Shown here piece by piece: positions 10,722 through 20,000 of a stretch of 20,000 nt of DNA; position 1 is the stretch's first letter, and each line of letters begins with the position of its first letter. A program made the position numbers and the translations under genes. The stretch covers positions 867,894-887,893 of the forward strand of contig NW_019028989.1 of the NCBI RefSeq assembly GCF_002105155.1. Reading direction: 5' to 3'. The notes under the pieces were generated by a model. It searched no databases. It was not told the DNA's origin and was given only the letters and a program-made list of their open reading frames with translations. This DNA is from Lobosporangium transversale. Its lineage: Eukaryota.

Positions 10722-12059
10722 TTACATTCTCTTGGTTATCTTTTCGACGGGACAGTACCCGAGAATACGATCTCGTACAAGTCTAGCAACGTTCTCTCCG
10801 GCGATAGTCTCTGTCTCCATAGTCTGCCATAACATAGTTATACATTAAAAAGCAAGGAAGAGTTTGTCATAGTGTTAATTAGGTGTCAACTAATTTTTTT
10901 TTTTCTTGTATTTGCAAATGTGAATGTGAATGTGAATGTACTCTTACCGAAATGAGAGGCTCGAGCGCATTAACATAAAATACACCCGGAACAATCTCGA
11001 TCTGGCCCCATGAAGCTCTTGCCTTCTCTTCTTCCCGCTTCTTAAGGATCACTTGTTCGTTGTTTGTATTGATCTCAGAGAAAGGATCCACTGATGTCTT
11101 TTTATCCTTGTCTTCATTATCCAAATCAAGCGGGTGGAGTTTTGGATATGCCTTCCAAATCTTGCTCTTGACCCATGTTCGATTCAAATATAGTCGATCC
11201 AAGTGTTCTTCTTGAATTGGCTTGGGCGAGAAAATCTTGGTGACAGTCTCACCATTACTCATTTTAGCTTGAATGCTTATGGACGTGACCTCAACGTCTT
11301 CTGAATTGGTGCTGAGGATATGGGCTGGAAGCTTTTTAGTCGGTGGAACTTTAAAGTACGCAGGATTGACATGGCCGCGGACAAATGTTGCATAGATTGT
11401 TCGGTACTCCACTTCGGGTAGGGGAGGCAAGTCCAGGTCAAAATCAATATTGGTTGATTGCTAAAACCATATATGAATAAAGGGAATGAATAATTAGTGT
11501 AAGATGACATCTACTTATCTTCGATGGCCTTTTACACTACAGCAGAAAGAAAAGGAACATAGTAAAAGAAATACGTAGCCTCAAAGACATACAATAGGTG
11601 CAGCAATAACAACTATATCAAAGACTTGCTTTTGTCCTGAAGCGGTAATGACTTCGAATTTAGTATCAGCGCCTTCGTACTCTGGTTTGGTCCGTCGAAC
11701 GCGTGCAATTTTAGTGCTCAGCCGAACATGGGCCTTACTATGACCCACCATGCCTTCAAATATTTGGAAGTTGCCACCTTGGACTCGAAGTGCATCGTTG
11801 GCCGCCATAGAGACCATGGCGCCTAGGGTGTGGATCTCGTGAAGATTAGATCCATAGTTGACTCGAGTTGCGACCTCAATTACCTCAGTTGCATACTGCT
11901 TGCTAATGCCGCTTGATTCAAGAAACTGTTCAGACATTATAGACGCGAGCTTATCCAGCTTGAACCGTCGAGCGAACTCAGAAATGGAGTCAAAAGTCTC
12001 AGGAGATACATAGAATTCTAATAGGTCATTCACGGTATTTAATATGATTACTCGAAGCT

Positions 12060-12091
<32 letters not shown>

Positions 12092-13386
12092 GAATTTTGT
12101 GGTGCCTATTTTTTATTTTTTTATTTTTTTGAACATTTGTTTACCTTAAAGGGCGAAAACCCCCATCGCCTGAAACCCTTGAAAACGGACCAGTACTTCC
12201 ACCGACTTTCTTCGAAAAGGATTGTTTTTCCATCCCAAATTGCCATCATTTCATCTGCTAAAGGCTCAGTCTTGAGTCCAAATTGCTTAGCAGCATCTAC
12301 TAAATTGTAGTTGGCTTTGACAAAGATACTTGCGCCAACTTCAATGTATTTGTCCTTTTGCACTGTACCGTTGCGGTCTGGATGATAATCACTGACACGG
12401 AAGACTGTGCAGCGGCCTCCGATCTTGTCATCTTGATCAAAGATGGTGATACTGTGGTCATGTTTACGATTAATTTGAGGAGGTTGCAGGAACTTGTTTA
12501 GGAAGTAAGCAGTTGAAGAGCCCCCTGCGCCCGCACCTACACATCGAATAGAGGAATGATAGGTATCCAATTGTCAATCCATATTGTTTGAACGCGTAGC
12601 TTGATACAGCGACTGAATGAAAAAAAATAAAACAAAATAAAATAAAAATAAAAAATAAAAAGAAAAATAAAAAAGAAAAATAAAAAAGAAAAATAAAAAA
12701 GAAAAATAAAAAAGAAAAATAAAAAAGAAAAATAAAAAAGAAAAATAAAAAAGAAAAATAAAAAGAAAAATAAAAAAGAAAAATAAAAAAGAAAAATAAA
12801 AAAGAAAAATAAAAAAGAAAAATAAAAAAGAAAAATAAAAAAGAAAAATAAAAAAGAAAAATAAAAAAGAAAAATAAAAAAGAAAAATAAAAAAGAAAAA
12901 TAAAAAAGAAAAATAAAAAAGAAAAATAAAAAAGAAAAATAAAAAAGAAAAATAAAAAAGAAAAATAAAAAGAAAAATAAAAAAGAAAAATAAAAAAGAA
13001 AAATAAAAAAGAAAAATAAAAAAGAAAAATAAAAAAGAAAAATAAAAAAGAAAAATAAAAAAGAAAAATAAAAAAGAAAAATAAAAAAGAAAAATAAAAA
13101 AGAAAAATAAAAAAGAAAAATAAAAAAGAAAAATAAAAAAGAAAAATAAAAAAGAAAAATAAAAAAGAAAAATAAAAAAGAAAAATAAAAAAGAAAAATA
13201 AAAAAGAAAAATAAAAAGAAAAAAAATCTTTGAAATAGAGCAACATGATATACTACCAATTATAGCGACAGTCTTGATAGGGACGAGTTCCTTTGGGGAA
13301 GCTTCTCCACTTGAAAGACGGAAGGAAGATGGTGAGAGGAAGGCCAAGACTGTAGCACTGACCTTAGACAGGTAGTCGGTTCGCAT
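10722..13386 (-). CDS. Prenylcysteine oxidase/lyase (PCYOX1-like) FAD-dependent oxidoreductase, ~533 aa, 5 exons
   Basis: Exons 13386-13257, 12536-12145, 12057-11593, 11460-10948, 10823-10722; 1602 nt. Rossmann motif VAIIGAGAGGSSTAYFL split by intron 1, IGGR, IEVGASIFVKANYNL, TRVNYG, VQGGNFQIF, DIVVIAAP, KIFS, WKAYP, YVNALEPLISTMETETIAGENVARL. Confidence 0.9.
12656..13223. repeat. Tandem array of the 13-mer TAAAAAAGAAAAA (~44 units) inside intron 1 of the prenylcysteine oxidase gene
   Basis: Unit T-A6-G-A5 read directly; 12-bp variants (T-A5-G) begin at 12656, 12759, 12966 and 13212 (spacings 103, 207, 246 = 8, 16, 19 units). Confidence 0.97.
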
Positions 13387-14101
13387 GACGCGTGAGAGTT
13401 ACAGAAGTTAGAAAACAGAGAATGGAATGACTGAATAAATAAACAGAATGTCAAGAAGAGATGAACAAGGATGGAGATGCGAGAATACGGGAACGAAACA
13501 AAGTAGATTAAAAAGGGAATGAGAAAAAGGAAAAGAAATAAGGACATTCGTTCTTCCCAGAGATACTTTGTCGCACGCAAGTCAAGCAACCGAGGGCTTT
13601 GACCAGACCAAGGTGATATCGTTGCAAATTATGCTGGGACTATTGACCAACTTTGGATTCTGTAGCGACAGTACAGCGATGACACTGAGTCAATCATTAG
13701 AAACACCGTTATTTGTGCCCTTAGCAATAGAGCAGGCCATTTATAGAGTCCAGTCCTAATGGTTCCCAGTTAGTAGCAACAACAACAAAAAAAAAAAAAA
13801 AAAAAAGCATTCTTGACGCGTTTTTTTTTCCTATTTTTATTCAAGGAAAGGAATATCTGTCTATATTGGTGGCGTTCATGTTCATTCCCCTGTACATTTT
13901 TCTTCCCGTCAATTTAAGACAGGCAAGATAGCCAGAAGTCATCTCATTCACAAAGGAATCAAGCCATGGGAATCTAAGCTATAGCTGTGATAACGATGAC
14001 AACGATCTTGGTAAGAAATTAAATAGAGAGATAAAGCTTTGATGTTTACTCTGGACATGTCATCCTTTCCATTTTCTTTCCAATGTTTCAGTATTTCAGT
14101 G

Positions 14102-15049
14102 CTAGTTTGGTGGTCCATGCATCACTATTTTAGGAACTTCCAAGTTGTTGCTATGGCCATGTTCATGGCGGAAGTGAACACTGTTATTTCCTTGACTATG
14201 GTCCTGGCCATTTCCATGATCCCGTTCAGACTCCCTTGGCTCTTGTGCTAACAATGACAGTCCCGCTATCCCTTGTTCCGTCAATCCTTGACGCTCTTCT
14301 TCCTCGAGACCCTGCATGTTCACACATGAACTTGAATTGAGATTACTCCTGCCGTAGATTTTGATTAAATCATCCCTTCGCTGACTCCACTTTGAGAGCT
14401 CTTCTCCTCGTGCTGCTACCACAGAGCTGGCCGTGGACCAGGTAGAGATTGGTCTACCCTTGGGATCATGTCCAACCACTGCAACAGGGGCTCGTGACCG
14501 ATTGGCATCATAGTAAGAAGTACTCCTACGTCTAGCTAAAAGCGCTTCCTGCTCCCTATCATCGCCATTAAAATTCATGCTGTCATCTTGATAATGGCTG
14601 CTGTTGATGTCTGATCGGGATGAATAATATGATTTCCAGGAATTAGAAGACGTTGAAGAGGAGATGCGCATATCTTTAAAACGTCTATGGAGACATCTTG
14701 CCAATAGACCCGTTATGGCCAGAATAAGCAGAAAGAGAGCAGTGATAGCGATGGGTAAAAAGAGCGTTATTGATTCTGTCTTCCTTGTGGCTGTAACAAG
14801 GTGTCCAAAAGAACATAAAAAAGGTTAGCGTGTTGTAGAGGCGCGTTGAAGTGTAAAAGTCTAATTTGTCTGACAAACTTTTATGGAATGTCATGTCACC
14901 TGCTCGATCACTCGACACGGTTGAAAAAAAAGATGCCCCTTGCTCTGCAACTTACTCGATTGTGCTGAAGACCTTGCCCGAACAGTAGCGGAGAGGACTG
15001 ACATATCTTCTGCTCCTGGTATGAAGTGAGGCGACACTGGGATGGGCAT
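14102..15049 (-). CDS. Uncharacterised single-pass membrane protein, ~260 aa, 2 exons
   Basis: Exon 1 15049-14956 (MPIPVSPHF..SSAQS, donor GTAAGT, phase 1) joins exon 2 14790-14102 (acceptor TTACAG). TM segment ITLFLPIAITALFLLILAITGLLA followed by basic RCLHRRFK and a Ser-rich, probably disordered tail. Confidence 0.75.
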
Positions 15050-15437
15050 AGTTTAGTATGTGTTATTTACCAGTGTCGTTCTGTGTCAGCTTTTGTTGAC
15101 GACCAAAGTATCAGCCAGCGCTTTACGCGAACAAAGAGGTAAAATAGTGGCGTTCAATGTCAAGCAAAGGGTGGGTCAAGCAAATTCAATCTGCTTGTCG
15201 GCTGTAAGAAAGATGGCAAGATTATCAAAAGTAATATGTGTCTGTGTGTTTCTCTTGCTCACTCGATGAAAGGACGGTATAATGCAATGGAAATGAGCAA
15301 GTAGAATAAGAGAGAGCAAAGAAGTGAGGAAAAGAATGAGAGAGCGGTTGTCTGAGAAAGAGGGAAAGAGAGGAAATGGGTCAGAGATAACGAGGGGGGA
15401 GAGGTGACTGTGAGGGCGAATTGGACAAGAAACCCTG

Positions 15438-15469
<32 letters not shown>

Positions 15470-15476
15470 CGCATCG

Positions 15477-15484
15477 TTTCCCGC
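15477..15484 (+). promoter_or_regulatory. E2F-consensus site TTTCCCGC in the divergent promoter
   Basis: Exact match to TTTSSCGC, 78 bp upstream of the FAAP100-like ATG and next to a poly(dA) tract; flanked by the short inverted repeat ACGCA/TGCGT. Confidence 0.35.
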
Positions 15485-15561
15485 TGCGTGAGTTTGTGTT
15501 CAATTTCAGAACCTCCATTGGTTTCACTCATTCATTCAACTTCCTGGAGCAAATCTCTACC

Positions 15562-16858
15562 ATGGATGAGACATGGTCCTGGAAGACACTCGGGGACTTG
15601 CATCTGCAATCACCCTCGATCACACCAAAGCTACTTTGTCGACAAGTCAATTCTGCTGGAGACAACCCGTCTGTTCGGTCGTCTGATAGCAATTGTGTCC
15701 TACTGATACATAGTCAGCCTCGTCTATTGTATGAAGTCGTAGACGATGTGTTACTGGTGAGTGGTTGATAGAGTTAGCATTTAGCAAAGTAAATTAATAA
15801 CTGTAGCAAGCAATGGATTAAAGAAAATCAAATATCGGATCTGTCACATCTAAAATGCTGTCTTGTGTTTACACAAAAAGCACACTTGGTCATTTCCGCA
15901 AGATATCGTGTCATTCTGTTGGAATGACACTGGACCTGATGAGATCAGGACAAACAAGGAGTTATTGCAATCACAACATCAATATTACCCAAGTGTACTA
16001 GTTGCAACTTCGGAGGGAAATGTTTGGAATATCCATCTTCTTTGTCCAGAGCCATCAGGACCAGAGTCAGCATCAACATTAGTACCAAGGCGCGGATCCC
16101 AATCGGGATTAAAGCCAAGAATCGAATTTGGATCAAGGCCCAGAACAACCACAAAGGTCGTGGTAGACACAAACCAAAACATATTTAATGAACCGATCCA
16201 AATAGACGACAGTGACGAGGAAGTTGAGTTGTGGAATGATGAAGACGGATTAGTAGATAATATTGAAAAACTGGAGTCTCCAACATCTACATTTGTGTCC
16301 CCTGTAACTAAGAGACAGCGAACTATATCCCCAGCATCTTTTCAACCCGTAACATCAAGCGGGCATGTAAAATCTCGGTCAAGCCCTGTTATTCAAGTTG
16401 AGCACGCGAAACACTTTGTTGGGTTTGAGGTATTATTCATTTTTTCGAGGCTCGCTGCTTGATTTTAGCTTGCTATGCGGTCATTGCATAAAGTCCACTG
16501 CATTGCTCATACATCTTCTTTACACGTGTTTAGGAAGGCACGACGAAATTGGTCCTCCTTGGGTCGACCAAACTGTTGATTATTCGACAAAAAGACACAG
16601 ACCCGATCCTCTGGACATCCCAGACTCAATTTAGTGTAGGCATGATGATCGAGAAACAGGTGGTACCTCTGGGAGAAGCACAGATCGACAGAATAATCAT
16701 GAGCCACGCCCTGGAGTGTAAGGGCAAAGACGACCTCAGCAACGATGTATTATTTGGTGCAACCCAATTTGGTGCAATCTACCGGGTCCAAGGAGCACTT
16801 CAGTCGGGGCTCCATAACGTGACGCAGCGGCATGTTCAAAGATTATTCTCGTTGCAGG

Positions 16859-16889
<31 letters not shown>

Positions 16890-17894
16890 GATAACAGGAA
16901 CAATCAATTTAACCTATCCTTTCAACAGAAGCAACAGTAATAACAGCAACACAGCAACGACGGCATCAACAGTAATAATAGTGCCGAAATATAGTCCATG
17001 GAGATATTAAGTCGATCAATTCAGCTGACTTTATGTATTACATTGGCATAGGAACCTATTATTCTTTTAGCCATTGCTCTAAACGACCATGGGACTCACA
17101 AAAGGTCATTGGTGGTTGTAGGGTAAGAATCCTATGTTTCCTCTTCTCACTAAAAAAAAAAAAAAAAAAAAAAGAGAGAGAGGCAAAGGCGTAAAAATAA
17201 CGGAGCATTTTTTTATTGATACACATGGGTGGTAGGACAATCGGCGACATAGCTGTGGTGGATCTTGATTCAACAAATGCTTTGTCGTCTTTGGTTGCTT
17301 GCGACCAAGTATCATTGAACATGCGTATCCAAGATGCGTGTCTTGCTGGGGTAATGAGCCTTCTTGAACAACAGTGGCCAATGGCGTAAAAGAAAGATGC
17401 GAGAGCTTGCTGTCTAATAAGCATTCTGTTCTTATGATATGTATACATTTACCACATAATATAGCCATACATCTATTTTTTGACAGATGAACACAGAGTA
17501 TTGCGGACACCTTTGTCCTGCCTCAGATCAGATAGAATATTGAACAATCTGGAGCGGTTGGAGCTGCCTCGCTTGAATGCATTGGCGCCCATCTCACGCC
17601 ACCACTACACTGATTTTTGTGGGCTCTATGGTCTTAATTGTGACGATCAGGTCCTTCGGTTTGGTCCAGACCTTAGCAGGTAAGTTGTTTCTCCGCTTAT
17701 CTACACACACAAAAGAGAGCTGAACACGGACAAAGAAGCTTTTTTAAATTTTGTGTTACATTTTTCCTTTTTGCATCCTAGATGGGCACAACCACAAGAG
17801 ACTTCGCAGGCCCGAGATAAGATCACAGAATCTCTTAATGAGCTCGAGAAGCTATCCGACCAAGCAAACCAGCTTCAGACAAGGTGTCAGGTAA

Positions 17895-17928
<34 letters not shown>

Positions 17929-18297
17929 AGTGCCCAGCAAGGTTTATTTTATACGTATTATATCCGAAACTGTCGAGGTCATTTTTAGCTCTATTCCTCA
18001 ACCTTCTTATTCTCTCTCTTTACCGCTATTTTACTTTGTTCCTCTTATACCTGTAGCTTGAAAATCAACGGATAGTCTCGTTGAATGAGCTAATCTTTGA
18101 ATTGCAGCAGTATGCCTTATCACAGCGTGACGATAAAGAGGACTCATTGTTGGACAGCTCTCCAGCAAAGTTATCTCTTACAGCGTTTTCACAACCCATG
18201 ATCACTGCTAGTAATAGTGAGATTATGCGCTATTTTATTCGCTTGAAAATGGAGTCAGCTCTGAATATTGATTGGAATAATGGCTGGTCAGGTATCT

Positions 18298-18336
<39 letters not shown>

Positions 18337-19617
18337 ATAATGTCCATTTTACTTCATGGTCTATGTTAAAAAGAAAATATTCCTAAAATGTTATTGTAAT
18401 TTTCTCCGCATGCAAACTCAAATCTAAATAAATAATAATAATTAGCCGTTGTTACAATCACCTCACGAGCCTTCACGCTTTGTGGACACCAACAAAATGA
18501 AAATCAAAATCAAAATCAAAGATGGCATCGACAACGACAATACGAATTCTTCTCTAAACTGACTGGTTTTTCACCTCGAGCCCCATGGACGATTGATATG
18601 GATGTGGATCTACAAAGTCTAGATCTGCCGCTTACTATCACACTTGGGCTTCAATTTAGCGAGCAAAAGCAACAGCAGCAACAGGGCTACCGATCTGCAA
18701 AAATAAATAATAGTGGCAATAACAACAACAACATCAGTAGCAGCAGCAGCAGAGCAGCAGCCTATTTTGTGGTCGAAAGCCTTATTCTGGATGTGATCCA
18801 TTTTGCAGAGCCTATTAGGGACATCTCTAAGCATTCATCCACTTTTCTTGCTCAAACCCTTATGCACGCCCGTCACAAAGACATTACTGCTGCCACCGCT
18901 ACGAATACTGCTTCTATTACTACTCCTAATAATACTTTCACAACCACAACTCCCATAAGTGAATCTAATGGAGCAGACAAAAAAAGAGAAAATGATGGCT
19001 TCAATTCTAGAAGCCGTTTGTTTTTTCCTGACTTTGTTTCTAGTTCAGCCGTTAATGGCGAAGATGATATTGGAGGTGGGGATGATGAGGGCTGTAAGCG
19101 ATGTGTTGAGGACTTCCGTAACTACAACAGAGGCAACAATAACAACGATAACAGCAATACCACTGTCCAGCCTCAGTTACAGATACACTTGCCGAGGTAT
19201 TCATCCCGGTTTCGTATAGACATAAACGAGATTCAGATCACTCAATGCCTACCAGCACTGTTGGGGGATAGTATTCCGCAAGATAGGACTATGGCATTTG
19301 TTGCACAAAATGCTTTTCGTGCAGTTTTGTATATACCGGAAGGGTTGATCCCTCGCAACTGTCGAAGACGAGGTTTATCCCTCTCCATGCCATCGATCTC
19401 TGTATCAACTTTATCCCAATCTGATCCAGAAGGCCTGGTATGGTTGATACTGGAGGAAATACAAGAAGCTAGTAAACCATCAACGACGTCAATGACCACA
19501 GGAACAGCAACAGGTCCAATTGTTCAAATGTCCATAGAAGTCAAGGGACAGGATCCTAGAAGGACAATGCTAGTCCATCAAGCTATTACCAGAAGGATAG
19601 CGGAGCTATTTGACTAA
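15562..19617 (+). CDS. Putative FAAP100 (Fanconi anaemia core complex-associated protein 100)-like protein, ~994 aa, 9 exons
   Basis: Exons 15562-15756, 15881-16429, 16534-16857, 17052-17122, 17236-17350, 17465-17679, 17782-17890, 18057-18291, 18446-19617; 2985 nt, phases consistent. Beta-propeller-like N-half, coiled coil (DKITESLNELEKLSDQANQLQTRCQLENQRIVSLNELI), then NNGWSAVVTI, LDLPLTITLGLQFS, LILDVIHF and IEVKGQDPRRTMLVHQAITRRI, colinear with recalled FAAP100 motifs. The gene model is more secure than the family call. Confidence 0.7.
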
Positions 19618-20000
19618 AATAAAAAGCGTCTTCTTTTTTATTTTTTATTTTATTTTTTTTTATTGAGGATCTGTACAGGTTAAAGTGATACAATAATACT
19701 AATCAAAAACAATAAAGCAAAAACAGAAAACAAAAACTAAAATAAACGAAGAAAAGGATAAAAAAGAAAAACTATATGCGGGTCAAAAAAAAAAAAAATC
19801 ATGCTACTTTTTTTTTGTTCGTACATCACAGAGGTATCAACCGAAGGGAGAGGAAGAAAAAAAAAAAAAAAAAAAAAAAAAAGGGAATTATATGCAAGTG
19901 TGCGTTTGATGGGTATGAACAAGGGAGAGGTATCGTATCTTATCTAGCATAAAAGAAAAAAAGAAAATGCCAAGGCTGGGAAAAAAAAATCCCTTAAAGT

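Noticed and set aside
10916..10939. (TGAATG)n microsatellite
   Set aside because: About four copies in an intron; an ordinary simple repeat.
12656..13223. Array as a CRISPR or telomeric repeat
   Set aside because: No spacers, no G-rich telomere-like unit, and it lies inside an intron of a eukaryotic gene.
12470..13386. Three long Phe-rich ORFs (240-270 aa) on the minus strand
   Set aside because: Translations of the stop-free 13-mer satellite inside an intron; only 13386-13257 is a real exon.
13388..13821. MCB-like ACGCGT hexamers (13388, 13816; also ~6634, 12592)
   Set aside because: Scattered, near chance frequency and not clustered at a cell-cycle gene.
16929..17010. AAC/AGC-rich coding-like stretch in FAAP100-like intron 3 as an extra exon
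   Set aside because: Exons 3 and 4 join in phase and give the contiguous LFSLQ-EPII motif; read-through meets a stop at 17010.
17386..17496. Alternative phase-2 intron (GC|gtaaaa ... cag|A) in the FAAP100-like gene
   Set aside because: Frame-compatible, but intron 17351-17464 keeps the beta-strand-like PYIYFLT and is preferred; cDNA is needed to settle it.
1..20000. Prokaryotic-type systems (operons, defence islands, CRISPR, phage) or transposase/RT genes
   Set aside because: All coding sequence is explained by eukaryotic genes; no transposase, RT or integrase motifs were seen.

Overview
Eukaryotic, intron-rich, AT-rich fungal DNA with long poly(A)/poly(T) tracts in introns and intergenic regions. 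The style and gene content suggest an early-diverging fungus such as Mortierellaceae/Mucoromycota (inference). Manual splicing (GT-AG, phase-consistent throughout) gives a truncated tRNA-Ser(AGA) and seven protein genes: SERRATE/ARS2 (-), a small intronless secreted protein (-), mRNA-capping guanylyltransferase CEG1 (-, needs an 8-nt micro-exon), ALB1-like (-), prenylcysteine oxidase-like (-, with a ~570-bp 13-mer satellite in intron 1), an uncharacterised single-pass membrane protein (-), and a 994-aa gene (+). The 994-aa gene is the main finding. Its motifs line up in order with Fanconi anaemia core-complex subunit FAAP100, a protein generally thought of as animal-type and absent from yeasts, and an E2F-type site lies just upstream. 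All family calls are from recalled motifs; no searches were run.
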